DNA of 64,000 bases, taken from assembly GCA_049460875.1 (NCBI GenBank), contig JBMUEW010000001.1, positions 31,943 through 95,942 on the forward strand. The letters run 5' to 3'. Of this stretch, positions 31,178 through 41,551 are shown piece by piece (position 1 is the first letter of the stretch; each line of letters starts with the position of its first letter). The position numbers and the translations under genes were made by a program. The notes beneath the pieces are model-generated. The model saw only the letters and a list, made by a program, of their open reading frames with translations. It was not told the DNA's origin and searched no databases. The DNA is from Pontimonas sp. Lineage in GTDB: Bacteria; Actinomycetota; Actinomycetes; Actinomycetales; Microbacteriaceae.

Positions 31178-31641
31178 TCGTCCCCGGGCGACGTCGATCC
31201 GGAATCGCGTAAAGCATCGATAGCGCTCTCGAAGTCCTCCAGGCTCTCGAAAGCTTGATAAACGGAGGCAAACCGAAGATAGGCGACCTCGTCGAGTTCA
31301 CGAAGTGGCTCCAGAATGGCTAACCCGATCTCATTGGCGTCCACTTGGGATGCGCCGGTTTGCCGGATCGTCTCCTCGACGCGTTGGGCAAGCTGAGCAA
31401 GGTCCTGATCCGTCACAGGCCGACCTTGACAGGCTTTCTTCACCCCCGAGGCGATTTTTTCCCGAGAAAAGGGCTCCGTGACACCACTGCGCTTGATCAC
31501 GCTCAAGCTGGCTGTCTCCAGCGTAGAAAAACGCCTGCCGCACTCTGGGCATTGCCGTCGACGACGGATGGACACACCGTCATCGCTCGTCCGCGAATCG
31601 ATAACGCGACTATCCGGGTGTCGACAAAACGGGCAATACAT
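31174..31641 (-). CDS. nrdR: Transcriptional repressor NrdR
   Basis: Zn ribbon CPFC...[12 protein letters not shown] cone and AYLRFASVY. Confidence 0.97.
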   Translation of the reverse strand: MYCPFCRHPDSRVIDSRTSDDGVSIRRRRQCPECGRRFSTLETASLSVIKRSGVTEPFSREKIASGVKKACQGRPVTDQDLAQLAQRVEETIRQTGASQVDANEIGLAILEPLRELDEVAYLRFASVYQAFESLEDFESAIDALRDSGSTSPGDE

Positions 31642-31653
31642 GGTGGGCCAAGC

Positions 31654-32973
31654 CTATAGTTCGGTTGAATCCGGGAATCGGGACGTTATTGCATCGCCGT
31701 GCGCGGGGAGGTTCTCCGCCTCGGCTAGGGCGACAATCGCATCTGCCACCTGCCCTAAAGCGGCTTTGTCATATTCCACAACCTGCTGCGAGCGTAGGAA
31801 CGTGAGGGGTGACAGTCCCGAGGTGAAACGCGCGCCCCCCATGGTCGGAAGGACGTGATTGGAACCCGCGAGGTAATCTCCGGCGCTCACGGGAGTGTAA
31901 TCACCCACAAAGATCGCCCCAGCGTGGCGAATACTGGCCAGGATGTCTTCTGGTGATTCCACCATGATCTCGAGGTGCTCGGGTGCGAGGGCATTCGCGA
32001 CGTCCACTGCTTTCTCGAGGGTGTCGACCACAAGAATCGCGGATTGTTCGCCTGTCAAAGCAGTGGTCACACGCTCACGGTGGGTGGTGGTCGAAACCTG
32101 TCGCTCCAAGGCTGCCTCCACCCGTTGAGCCAACTCCATGGACGGTGTCACCAAAACAGCCGAGGCCAACTCATCGTGTTCGGCCTGGGATATCAAGTCA
32201 GCTGCGACAAATTCGGGGTGGGCGGTCTCGTCCGCGATGATGCCTATCTCGGTGGGACCAGCCTCGGAATCGATTCCCACCTGACCCGTGACATGACGCT
32301 TAGCCGCCGCGACAAACTGGTTCCCCGGACCGGTAATCACCGCTACCGGTTCGCACCCCAGATCGGGAACACCCCACGCGAGTAAGGCGATGGCACTGGC
32401 GCCACCTACGGCGTAGACCTCTGTGATTCCGAGTAGCTCCGCCGCGGCCAGGATTGTGGGGTGGGGCAAACCCTCAAAATCCTTCTGGGGCGGCGACACC
32501 ACCACAATGTCGGGAACGCCCGCGGCCTGAGCGGCCACCACATTCATCACCACGCTCGAGGGATAGACCGCTTTCCCGCCCGGAACATACACGCCGGCGC
32601 GATCCACGGGTACGTATCGAGTGGTAACCGTCCCACCAGCGTTATAGGTGGTGGTCGTGGAGTGGGGCAGAGCATCCTCGGAGGCTGCGCGGACTCGACG
32701 AATTGACTCCTCCAGGGCTGAGCGGACCTTCTTATCGAGACCCGAGAGAGCAGCTTTCAAGGCCGCAGGGCTCACCCGTATCTCTTGGGGAGAAACCCCA
32801 TCCCATGTCTCCGAGTGGCGGCGCAGTGCCACAGAGCCTTCTTTTTTCACTTCGGCCATCAACTCGGCAACAGTCGAATCGACGTCTCTGGCCACACCGC
32901 GAATACGAGGAACAAATCCGTGAACGTTCTGCGCGGTGAGAGCGACGCCTCTGAGGTCTTCGATGCGAATCAT
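31654..32973 (-). CDS. hisD: Histidinol dehydrogenase
   Basis: YVPGG, GPGN, AGPTE, SQAEHD, PEHLE and GSNHVLPT. Start placed at ATG 32973 (MIRIEDLRG). Confidence 0.96.
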   Translation of the reverse strand: MIRIEDLRGVALTAQNVHGFVPRIRGVARDVDSTVAELMAEVKKEGSVALRRHSETWDGVSPQEIRVSPAALKAALSGLDKKVRSALEESIRRVRAASEDALPHSTTTTYNAGGTVTTRYVPVDRAGVYVPGGKAVYPSSVVMNVVAAQAAGVPDIVVVSPPQKDFEGLPHPTILAAAELLGITEVYAVGGASAIALLAWGVPDLGCEPVAVITGPGNQFVAAAKRHVTGQVGIDSEAGPTEIGIIADETAHPEFVAADLISQAEHDELASAVLVTPSMELAQRVEAALERQVSTTTHRERVTTALTGEQSAILVVDTLEKAVDVANALAPEHLEIMVESPEDILASIRHAGAIFVGDYTPVSAGDYLAGSNHVLPTMGGARFTSGLSPLTFLRSQQVVEYDKAALGQVADAIVALAEAENLPAHGDAITSRFPDSTEL

Positions 32974-33034
32974 GGCACCCTCATCGTATCTGGGTGGTGG
33001 GAATAATCGCGGGGTCGCCTGACTTAAGATAGAG

Positions 33035-33535
33035 ATGATGAATTCCACAGATGAACTCCGGCCCTCCGAGGCTTTCCTCGAATCGTTCCGTCGCCATGGT
33101 GCGGGGATTGCCGTCATTACGTTGCTCAAGAAGGATGGCTCCCCCACGGGTTTCATTGCCACCTCGCTGGCATCCCTGTCGGCCAACCCTCCCCTTGCGA
33201 CCTTCAACATTGCTCAGACCGCGAGTTCGTGGTCGTCGGTGTCCATCGACACGCCCGTGCTCATTCATCTGCTGTCGACCGACAACGTCGCTCTAGCGAA
33301 GAAGATGGCGGGCGAATCGGACCAGCGATTCGAGGGTGATCACTGGGAGGAAGGACCGGGTGGGTTGCCGCTGCTCACCGGGGTGCACGCGTGGATGTCG
33401 GCAACCATTGTCGCTATCACCGAAGTGGAGTTCAGCGCCATGGTTGCTGCCAGGATTACCGGAGGTTCGCTCGGAGCAGAGTCAACCCCTTTGGTGTACT
33501 CGGGTCGGGACTACCGCTCAGTAACTGCTCTCTAG
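33035..33535 (+). CDS. Flavin reductase-like protein
   Basis: FRRHGAGIAVIT, GFIATSLASLSANPP and PLVY. Confidence 0.88.
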   Translation: MMNSTDELRPSEAFLESFRRHGAGIAVITLLKKDGSPTGFIATSLASLSANPPLATFNIAQTASSWSSVSIDTPVLIHLLSTDNVALAKKMAGESDQRFEGDHWEEGPGGLPLLTGVHAWMSATIVAITEVEFSAMVAARITGGSLGAESTPLVYSGRDYRSVTAL

Positions 33536-36500
33536 GCACTCAAGCAGCGAGAGCCCAGCAAACTCTTCACCTCACCGATGAGGTCCTCCGTAACGCTGAC
33601 GGTTCGCGGAAGCTCAAATACGCGAGCAACCCCAGCTTTCACCAGGCGGAGCCGGACCGGTGCTTCACCCTCATGGCGTCTGAGAGCCTCATCAAGGGCT
33701 GACAACACCGGAACGGTCGCAACAGATTCCGGCACAGTGAGGGTCAGAGGCTCATCCCGGGTATCGCGGGAGATGTCGAGTGGCACCAGTTCGATCGCGT
33801 GGAGACCCACACCATCGTCTCGCCGAGACACCCGACCCCGGAGCGAGACGACCGAGTCCTCAACGAGGTCGGTCTGGTAATTCTTATACGTCTTGCCCAG
33901 GAACATTACCGACACCTCACCGCCAAAGTCCTCGATGGTGACTTGGGCGTACGGGTTTCCACTATTCCTGGCGACCCGATGGTTGACAGCCGTCACCAGA
34001 CCCGCAATGGTGACAGACTCGCCGTCTTCTCGCTCAGATGCCAACAATTCCGGGATCGACATGTCGGCTTCGCTGGCCAGTGTGACCTCAAGTCCTGCCA
34101 AGGGGTGATCGGAAACATAGAGACCGAGCATGTCTCGCTCCAAGCCCAGTAGCTCCTTTCTTGACCACTCCGGTCGATCGGGAACCACATCTGTCGATGG
34201 CTCTCCGGCCTCCTCAAACAGGCTGTCGAAATCGAACCCGACGTCCCCGTGTTCCTCAGCTCGTCTCTCCCGGGAGGCCGATTCCACCACGGACTCGTGG
34301 ATGTCATGCAACGCTCGTCTGGTGTGGCCGAGTCCATCAAACGCGCCACCCTTGATGAGAGATTCCACGGTGCGTTTGTTCAACACCGTAGAGGGCACCT
34401 TCTTGATGAAGTCATGGAATGATTCGAAAGCGCCCCGAGTTTCGCGGGCTTCACGAATCGCCTGCACCACTCCCACTCCGACGTTTCTGATGGCAGCCAG
34501 GCCAAACCGTATGTCATCACCTACCGCACTAAAGGTGGCAATCGACTCGTTCACATCGGGCGGGAGAACTTTGATTCCCATGCGCCGACTCTCGTTGAGG
34601 TAGATGGCCGACTTGTCTTTCTGATCACTCACACTGGTCAACAGTGCGGCCATATATTCCGCTGGGTAGTGAGCCTTGAGGTAGGCCGTCCAGTAGGAAA
34701 TCATCCCGTAAGCAGCGGAGTGAGCCTTGTTGAAGGCGTAATCCGAGAACGGGACCAGAACCTCCCAGAGTGCCCGAATCGCGTCGTCAGAGAAGCTGTT
34801 GGAGCGCATACCCTCGCGGAACGCTTCAAACTGAATATCAAGCTCTTCTTTCTTTTTCTTACCCATCGCGCGACGGAGCAGATCCGCTTGAGCCAGTGTG
34901 TAGCCGGCGAGCTTTTGGGCAATCTCCATAACCTGCTCTTGATACACAATCAATCCGTAGGTCTCGCCGAGAACCTCCTCCAGCGCTGTGGCAAGCTCTG
35001 GGTGCAAAGGCGTGATGTCCTGTTGGCCGTTCTTTCGCAGGGCATAGTTGGTGTGCGAATCAGCTCCCATAGGTCCCGGGCGATACAGCGCCAACACTGC
35101 CGAGATATCTTCGAAGCGCTCTGGCTTCAGCAGACGGAGCAAACTCCTCATCGGCCCGCCATCGAGCTGGAATACACCCAACGTGTCTCCGCGACTCAAC
35201 AGGGCATAGGCGGCTTCGTCATCGAGCGAAAGCTGCTCCAGGGCCGGACGATGCCCTCGGTTGAGCTCAATGTTGTCCAGAGCGTCGTCGATGATGGTGA
35301 GGTTGCGAAGAGACAGAAAATCCATTTTGACGAGTCCGAGAGACTCTGACGCCGGAAAGTCGAACTGCGTGACGATTTGGCCATCTTGCTCGCGGCGCAT
35401 GATGGGAATGATGTCGAGCAGGGGCTCGCTCGACATGATGACCCCTGCTGCGTGAACACCCCACTGTCTCTTGAGGTTTTCCAGCCCCAGCGCGGTCTCG
35501 AAAACCTGCTGTGCCTCGGAATCGGTTTCCACCAACGTCCGAAGGTCTCCCGCCTCCCGGTACCGCTCGTGCTCTGTGTTGAGGACACCATCGAGCGACA
35601 TCTCTTTGCCCATGACACCCGGAGGCATGAGTTTGGTGAGCTTCTCCCCCATTCCAAAGGGAAAACCCAAGACTCGGGCTGAGTCTTTCAAGGCTTGTTT
35701 CGCTTTGATTGTCCCAAAAGTCACAATCTGGGCGACCCGATCGTCGCCGTACTTTTCTGTGACGTAGCGGATGACCTCACCTCGCCGTCGCTCGTCGAAA
35801 TCCACATCGAAGTCAGGCATCGATACTCGATCAGGGTTTAGGAAACGCTCGAAGATCAGTCCGTGCTCCAAAGGATCAAGCTCCGTAATTCTCATGGCGT
35901 AAGCGGCCATAGAGCCTGCTCCCGAACCTCGACCAGGACCCACCCGAATGCCGTTTTCCTTCGCCCAGTTGATGAAGTCTGCGACCACCAAGAAATAACT
36001 CGCAAAGCCCATTTGAGAGATCACACCGATTTCGTATTCGGCCTGGGCTCTCACGCGATCGGGCACACCGTTCGGATACCTCGTTGCAAGGCCTCGATGA
36101 ACCTCTTTTTCGAAGAAAGTGGCTTCCGTTTCGCCCTCGGGAACCGGGAAACGAGGCATGTAGTTGGCACTCTCGTCAAACGAGACTGACGCTCTCTGGG
36201 CGATCACCAGAGTGTTGTCACACGCTTCCGGGAAATCGGCGAAGAGTTTCCTCATCTGCGCCGCGGACTTCACATAGAACTCGTTGGAATCAAACTTGAA
36301 CCTCTTCGGGTCATCGAGAGTGGACCCCGATTGAACACAGAGCAACGCCGCGTGGGCTTCCGCGTCGGCAGAGGTTGTGTAGTGAAGGTCGTTCGTGGCC
36401 AGAAGAGGAATACCCAAATCTTGCGAGATGCGCACGAGGTCCGACATGACCCGCTTTTCGATACCCAGTCCATGATCCATAATCTCGACGAAGTAGTTCT

Positions 36501-37053
36501 CAGGCCCGAAGATGTCTCGGAATTCAGCAGCCGCTTTTACTGCCTCGTCATACTGACCAAGTCTCAGCCTTGTCTGAACTTCACCGCTGGGGCATCCTGT
36601 GGTCGCGATAATTCCGGATGCATAGCTCTGGAGTAAGTCCCGATCCATCCGCGGTTTGAAGTAGTAACCCTCCAATGAGGCCAAGGAGGACATTCGGAAG
36701 AGATTGTGCATCCCTTCGGTGTTCTCTGCCAGAAGGGTCAGGTGTGTGTAAGCACCCGCTCCTGACACATCATCTTCACCACCCTGACCCCATTTGACCC
36801 GCGTTTTCTCGCCTCGGGCCGTGCCCGGTGTGAGGTAGGCCTCAATTCCGATGATGGGGTTCACTCCAGCAGCGGTGGCTTTCTTCCAGAATTCATACGC
36901 ACCGAACATGACGCCGTGATCGGTCATGGCCACCGCGGGCATTTCTTGACGCGCGACCTCATCAACCAGATCAGAAATCTTGGCTGCACCATCCAGCATG
37001 GAGTACTCGGTATGCACGTGAAGGTGTGCAAACGAGTCGCTGGATGTGCTCAC
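33532..37053 (-). CDS. dnaE: Replicative DNA polymerase III alpha subunit
   Basis: HLHVHTEYSMLDG, GPGRGSGAGS, MPDFDVDF and YAFNKAHS; 1173 aa. Confidence 0.98.
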   Translation of the reverse strand: MSTSSDSFAHLHVHTEYSMLDGAAKISDLVDEVARQEMPAVAMTDHGVMFGAYEFWKKATAAGVNPIIGIEAYLTPGTARGEKTRVKWGQGGEDDVSGAGAYTHLTLLAENTEGMHNLFRMSSLASLEGYYFKPRMDRDLLQSYASGIIATTGCPSGEVQTRLRLGQYDEAVKAAAEFRDIFGPENYFVEIMDHGLGIEKRVMSDLVRISQDLGIPLLATNDLHYTTSADAEAHAALLCVQSGSTLDDPKRFKFDSNEFYVKSAAQMRKLFADFPEACDNTLVIAQRASVSFDESANYMPRFPVPEGETEATFFEKEVHRGLATRYPNGVPDRVRAQAEYEIGVISQMGFASYFLVVADFINWAKENGIRVGPGRGSGAGSMAAYAMRITELDPLEHGLIFERFLNPDRVSMPDFDVDFDERRRGEVIRYVTEKYGDDRVAQIVTFGTIKAKQALKDSARVLGFPFGMGEKLTKLMPPGVMGKEMSLDGVLNTEHERYREAGDLRTLVETDSEAQQVFETALGLENLKRQWGVHAAGVIMSSEPLLDIIPIMRREQDGQIVTQFDFPASESLGLVKMDFLSLRNLTIIDDALDNIELNRGHRPALEQLSLDDEAAYALLSRGDTLGVFQLDGGPMRSLLRLLKPERFEDISAVLALYRPGPMGADSHTNYALRKNGQQDITPLHPELATALEEVLGETYGLIVYQEQVMEIAQKLAGYTLAQADLLRRAMGKKKKEELDIQFEAFREGMRSNSFSDDAIRALWEVLVPFSDYAFNKAHSAAYGMISYWTAYLKAHYPAEYMAALLTSVSDQKDKSAIYLNESRRMGIKVLPPDVNESIATFSAVGDDIRFGLAAIRNVGVGVVQAIREARETRGAFESFHDFIKKVPSTVLNKRTVESLIKGGAFDGLGHTRRALHDIHESVVESASRERRAEEHGDVGFDFDSLFEEAGEPSTDVVPDRPEWSRKELLGLERDMLGLYVSDHPLAGLEVTLASEADMSIPELLASEREDGESVTIAGLVTAVNHRVARNSGNPYAQVTIEDFGGEVSVMFLGKTYKNYQTDLVEDSVVSLRGRVSRRDDGVGLHAIELVPLDISRDTRDEPLTLTVPESVATVPVLSALDEALRRHEGEAPVRLRLVKAGVARVFELPRTVSVTEDLIGEVKSLLGSRCLSA

Positions 37054-37126
37054 TCAGGGCTCCTCGAGGGTCGGGAATACCCAGAGTAAACCGGAGTTGG
37101 CCTGGAGGCGAAAGGCGCCCCGAAGC

Positions 37127-38047
37127 TCACGCCCTTAAGCGCTCAAGTGCAACATTAAGGTCGTCGGGAAAACCACACTCAACATGCACGGGTTTGCCGG
37201 TCACGGGGTGGGTGAAGTCCAATTCGCTCGCGTGGAGCCACTGCCTGGTGACCCCCAATCGCTCTGCGAGCGTCGGGTCGGCTCCGTAGAGAGTATCTCC
37301 GACAATGGGGTGCCGATGAGCGCTCATGTGGACCCGAATCTGATGAGTGCGTCCCGTTTCTAAACTCACCTTGAGGAGCGAGGCGCCTGTAAACGCTTCG
37401 ATGGTCTCGTAATGGGTAATGGAGTCTCGCCCTCCCGCCACGACAGCAAATTTCCACGACGAAGACGGGTGTCTTCCAATCGGAGCATCAATCGTCCCCA
37501 CACTGGGGTCCGGATGTCCTTGGACGAGGGCGTGGTAGATCTTCTGAACTTCTCGGGCTTTGAACGCCCGCTTGAGGCGGCTGTAGGCAACTTCGCTCTT
37601 GGCCACCGCCATGACCCCAGAGGTTCCCACATCCAAGCGATGCACGATTCCTTGTCGCTCGGGTGGACCTGAGGTGGAGATGCGATATCCAGCACCGGCC
37701 AGAGCGCCGAGAACGGACGGACCATCCCAGCTGGGTGCAGGGTGGGCGGCGAGACCCGGCGGTTTGTCGACGACGACAACGTCGTCATCGTCATACAGAA
37801 TGCTCATCGAGTCGACCACGATGGGAACGATGGTGGGAGCCTTCTTGGGTTCGAAGGTGACCTCCAGGAGAACACCGGCTCGAACCCGCTCAGATTTTGC
37901 TCCCGGAGCCCCATCGAGCAGTGCGCCTCCCTCATCGATAACACTCTGGGCAAACGATCGAGAAAAACCGAACAACCTTGTCAACACAACGTCAAGTCGC
38001 TCCCCCGCCAACCCTTCAGGGACGGGAATTGTCCTGGTTTCAGGCAC
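37127..38047 (-). CDS. rluD: RluA/RluD-family pseudouridine synthase
   Basis: S4 domain (GERLD), HRLDVGTSG and [11 protein letters not shown]. Confidence 0.93.
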   Translation of the reverse strand: MPETRTIPVPEGLAGERLDVVLTRLFGFSRSFAQSVIDEGGALLDGAPGAKSERVRAGVLLEVTFEPKKAPTIVPIVVDSMSILYDDDDVVVVDKPPGLAAHPAPSWDGPSVLGALAGAGYRISTSGPPERQGIVHRLDVGTSGVMAVAKSEVAYSRLKRAFKAREVQKIYHALVQGHPDPSVGTIDAPIGRHPSSSWKFAVVAGGRDSITHYETIEAFTGASLLKVSLETGRTHQIRVHMSAHRHPIVGDTLYGADPTLAERLGVTRQWLHASELDFTHPVTGKPVHVECGFPDDLNVALERLRA

Positions 38048-38101
38048 TATGCACCACCCAGAGGCTGGTTATACGAACCCCTCTGAGCATCGAGAGGGTG
38101 C

Positions 38102-38674
38102 CTAGGCACCCTCAGGGGTAGCGTCGGGCTGCGAGGAAGACTCGAGGCCTTGGAGTTGCTGGTTAATAAACGCCTTCAGGCTCGAGCGATACTCGCGCTC
38201 GAAGCTCTTGAGCTCATCAATTTCTGTTTGCGCAGCTTGACGTTCGGCGTTGAGACGCTCCTGTGCGGCCGCGTGCTCCGTCTCGGCCTCCTGGACGATG
38301 CGAGCCGCTTGAGCGTGACCCTCGGCGATGAGTTCGTCGCGCTTCTGAATTCCTTCTCGAACGTGCTCTTCGTGCAGGCGACGGGCAAGTTGGAGGAGGT
38401 TATTGGCGTTCTCGGCCTCGACCACGTCATCGCCGGAGCTTGGCAGAGGACTGACCCCTACGCTGCTCTGGGAGCCACCTGAGCGCTGGAGCTCGGCGAT
38501 GCGGGCTTCGCTCGCGGCAAGTTTCTGAGCCAGATCCTCGTTTTCTGCGAGGACACGACGCATTTCCACGACAACTTCATCGAGAAAATCGTCGACCTCG
38601 TCCTGATCGTAACCTTCGCGGAATTTTGTCGACTGAAAGCGCTTATTGACGATGTCTTCAGCTGTCAAAGCCAT
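38102..38674 (-). CDS. divIVA: DivIVA/Wag31
   Basis: MALTAEDIVNKRF...GYDQDEVDDFLDE followed by coiled coils. Confidence 0.95.
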   Translation of the reverse strand: MALTAEDIVNKRFQSTKFREGYDQDEVDDFLDEVVVEMRRVLAENEDLAQKLAASEARIAELQRSGGSQSSVGVSPLPSSGDDVVEAENANNLLQLARRLHEEHVREGIQKRDELIAEGHAQAARIVQEAETEHAAAQERLNAERQAAQTEIDELKSFEREYRSSLKAFINQQLQGLESSSQPDATPEGA

Positions 38675-38777
38675 GAAAAGTACCTCATTTACTTGGGGAC
38701 AAGAACTCGGGCATGATTACTACCGGTTCTCAGATTCCGCCTTCCAGCCTAGCGCTCGATAGCAAAATTCGGCGAAC

Positions 38778-39068
38778 CTATCGGAAAGACCCCACGACGG
38801 AGAGCAGGATGAGGGTTCCGATCATCAAGACACTCCAGCCGAGGTCTATTCCTGCTCCTCCAAATCGAAGCGTAGGAACCACGCGGCGGACAGCAGCAAG
38901 GGGTCGATCCGTCACGCTGTAGGCAGCCTCTGCCGCAACGAGCACAATGCCCTTGGGCTGGAAGTTCCTGGAGAGAACGCGCACCCAGTCAAATATGAAC
39001 CTCACCCACATGGCGATAAAAAACGCATACAGGGCGATATACAGAACTGTCGCTATAACGCTCACCAT
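38778..39068 (-). CDS. yggT: YggT/YlmG membrane protein
   Basis: TDRPL...RRVVP...IDL; canonical position after sepF. Confidence 0.9.
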   Translation of the reverse strand: MVSVIATVLYIALYAFFIAMWVRFIFDWVRVLSRNFQPKGIVLVAAEAAYSVTDRPLAAVRRVVPTLRFGGAGIDLGWSVLMIGTLILLSVVGSFR

Positions 39069-39103
39069 GCCCCCATTATGCCGGGGCGGACCCGAGAGAA
39101 GAC

Positions 39104-39544
39104 CTAGTCAACGAGTGAGGCGTCAAGCTCAGACTCCACGCCATCACCCTCCCCACTCACGACCACGTGCGCGGGTGAGAGAAGGAAAACTTTGGGGGTA
39201 ACGCGCTCAATGTGTCCCCGGAGACCCTGGGAGAGACCGCTCGAGAAGTCAACGAGGCGGCGAGCTTCTGACTCACTCATCTGGGTGAGGTTGATGATCA
39301 CCGGGATTCCCTCGCGGAATGTCTCGGCAATGCTCTTGGCGTCGTCGTATTTCTTGGGATGTACCGTCAGAATCTCGTTCACATCACTCACCCCGTTTTT
39401 GGAACCCCGGCGGAGCGGGGTCACGGTTGCGCGGGGGGCTGGCTGCGCGCTCTCCGGCTGTGCTTTCGATGTCGGTTGATCGTCGAAAGACTCCTCGGCG
39501 AGACCGAGAAACTCCAGTGTCTTACGTAGTGCGTTTGCCATCAT
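39104..39544 (-). CDS. sepF: Cell division protein SepF
   Basis: FLGL amphipathic N-terminus, [16 protein letters not shown] and VFLLSP. Confidence 0.95.
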   Translation of the reverse strand: MMANALRKTLEFLGLAEESFDDQPTSKAQPESAQPAPRATVTPLRRGSKNGVSDVNEILTVHPKKYDDAKSIAETFREGIPVIINLTQMSESEARRLVDFSSGLSQGLRGHIERVTPKVFLLSPAHVVVSGEGDGVESELDASLVD

Positions 39545-39575
39545 TGCCCCTTAATCACAGGTTGACCCTTTAAGG

Positions 39576-40250
39576 CTAGGCGGGAAGCGGTCTTTTTCCG
39601 GTAATTGCCGTTCCAATGCGTAGGTGTGTCGCACCGCGGGCTATGGCCTCCCGGAAGTCCCCTGACATGCCCAACGACAAGTCTGTCGCCTCCGGGGCAA
39701 CACTCAAGAGGTCCTCCTGGTAGGTCAGAACGCGGTCGAATGCCTGGCCGGGATCTTCATCTTGTGGAGCGACCGCCATAAGCCCTCGCAAACGCAGGTT
39801 GCCAGCCTCAAGGGTTCGCTCAGCGAGAGCCTTCAGATCGCCAGGTTCAACCCCTCCGCGCCCGGGAACTAAGGTGAGATTCACCTCGAGGAAGACCTCC
39901 ACAGAACCCTCGTACTTGCCTAATGCCTCCACCAAAGACGGGCGATCCACTGAATGAATCACGTCGCAGTACGCCGCGACTGCTCGAGCCTTATTGGACT
40001 GAAGCTGTCCCACAAAGTGCCACGTGAGATCGAGATCCGTGAGTTCCTGGTGTTTCGGAAACGCGTCTTGGTGTCGATTCTCTCCCACATGACGAGCGCC
40101 CACAGAGTGAAGCTCCCGAACCACGCTCGCCGGATGAAATTTCGTCACCACAATCGTGGTGACCTCGTCGGGCGAGCGCCCCGCATCATCGCACGCTGAG
40201 GCCACCTGGTGTTGAACCCTCTGCCACCGGTCCGCGAGTGTCTCGGACAC
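39576..40250 (-). CDS. yggS: PLP homeostasis protein YggS
   Basis: VVTKFH, GENR, WHFVGQLQSNK, SLGMSGD and RIGTAI. Confidence 0.95.
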   Translation of the reverse strand: MSETLADRWQRVQHQVASACDDAGRSPDEVTTIVVTKFHPASVVRELHSVGARHVGENRHQDAFPKHQELTDLDLTWHFVGQLQSNKARAVAAYCDVIHSVDRPSLVEALGKYEGSVEVFLEVNLTLVPGRGGVEPGDLKALAERTLEAGNLRLRGLMAVAPQDEDPGQAFDRVLTYQEDLLSVAPEATDLSLGMSGDFREAIARGATHLRIGTAITGKRPLPA

Positions 40251-40258
40251 GGTGCTCC

Positions 40259-41404
40259 CTAACGCAGGAATTCGGGAACGTCGAGTTCGTCGTCCTCTTC
40301 AGCCTCTGCGGCAAAAGCGGGAGCTTCAGAGGGTTCGGGAGCTGCCCGCTCCTCGGAAGGCAACAACCACGATTCTTCGGCGTCCGGAGTTTCTCCCGTG
40401 GCGGGGGTCTCTGCCTCAGTTGCAACTCCAGCGGACAGCGGACTGGCCGAACGCTGTTGAGACTCGTCAAAGCCCGCAGCAACTACCGTGACGCGCACTT
40501 CGTCGCCCAAAGAATCATCGATCACTGCGCCAAAGATGATGTTGGCATCGGGGTGTACTGCCTCTTCAACAAGCTTGGCCGCGTCGTTGATTTCATAGAG
40601 CCCCAGGTTGGATCCTCCCTGGATGGAGAGGAGGACACCCTGGGCGCCTTCGATGCTCGACTCCAAGAGCGGCGAGGCGACCGCGAGCTCCGCTGCCTTG
40701 ATGGCGCGATCTGCTCCCCTCGCCGAACCAATCCCCATCAGAGCAGTACCGGCGTCCTGCATCACCGATTTCACATCGGCAAAGTCAAGATTGATGAGAC
40801 CTGGGGTAGTAATCAGGTCGGTAATGCCTTGCACTCCTGCCAGGAGCACGTGGTCGGCCGTTTCGAACGCCTCGAGCATGCTGATGGTGCGATCGGAAAT
40901 CTCGAGCAACCTGTCATTGGGAACCACGATCAGGGTGTCGACCTCGTCCTTGAGGGCCTGGACACCGACTTCCGCCTGGGACATCCGGCGCTTGCCTTCA
41001 AAAGCGAAGGGTTTGGTGACGATTCCCACGGTCAGGGCACCAATCGACTTGGCGATTCTCGCGACAACGGGTGCTCCCCCTGTCCCCGTTCCGCCACCCT
41101 CTCCGGCGGTTACAAACACCATGTCGGCACCGGCGAGCGCCTGCTCGATTTCTTCCTGATGGTCCTCGGCGGCGCGACGGCCCACCTCGGGGTCAGCACC
41201 AGCACCTAAGCCGCGGGTGAGGTCTCGACCCACATCGAGTTTCACATCCGCATCGCTCATCAAGAGCGCCTGAGCGTCTGTGTTAATGGCAATGAACTCA
41301 ACTCCGCGAAGACCCCTATCGATCATGCGGTTGACGGCGTTAACGCCGCCGCCCCCGACCCCCACTACTTTGATCAGGGCGTTGTAGTTATGTTGAGCGG
41401 ACAC
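40259..41404 (-). CDS. ftsZ: Cell division protein FtsZ
   Basis: [24 protein letters not shown] and the C-terminal LDVPEFLR. Confidence 0.99.
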   Translation of the reverse strand: MSAQHNYNALIKVVGVGGGGVNAVNRMIDRGLRGVEFIAINTDAQALLMSDADVKLDVGRDLTRGLGAGADPEVGRRAAEDHQEEIEQALAGADMVFVTAGEGGGTGTGGAPVVARIAKSIGALTVGIVTKPFAFEGKRRMSQAEVGVQALKDEVDTLIVVPNDRLLEISDRTISMLEAFETADHVLLAGVQGITDLITTPGLINLDFADVKSVMQDAGTALMGIGSARGADRAIKAAELAVASPLLESSIEGAQGVLLSIQGGSNLGLYEINDAAKLVEEAVHPDANIIFGAVIDDSLGDEVRVTVVAAGFDESQQRSASPLSAGVATEAETPATGETPDAEESWLLPSEERAAPEPSEAPAFAAEAEEDDELDVPEFLR

Positions 41405-41422
41405 CGACTCTCCTTTGTGCTA

Positions 41423-41447
41423 AACCTTCAAGCTCTAGTTGAAGATA
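41423..41447. promoter_or_regulatory. Imperfect palindrome upstream of ftsZ (FtsR/BldC-type MerR regulator box candidate)
   Basis: AACCTTCAAGCTCTAGTTGAAGATA has CTTCAA/TTGAAG arms and resembles the Corynebacterium FtsR operator at ftsZ as recalled. A -10 TACCGT (41483-41478) and a GACAC (41524-41520) lie further upstream. Confidence 0.65.
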
Positions 41448-41551
41448 AGAGTTTTCTTCACTTTTAGCTCTCGACTGACGGTAGGGCTCAACAGGCTCTC
41501 GTCGCAGGAGGCTCTGGGCGTGTCGCAGAACCCGGTTAAACCAAGAAAAAC

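Noticed and set aside
32974-33210. N-terminal extensions in the ORF track (hisD; likewise imuA', erpA, trpD, DUF3040, aroG, glk)
   Set aside because: The extensions run through promoters or neighbouring genes. Downstream starts match family N-termini and have -10 or RBS signals.
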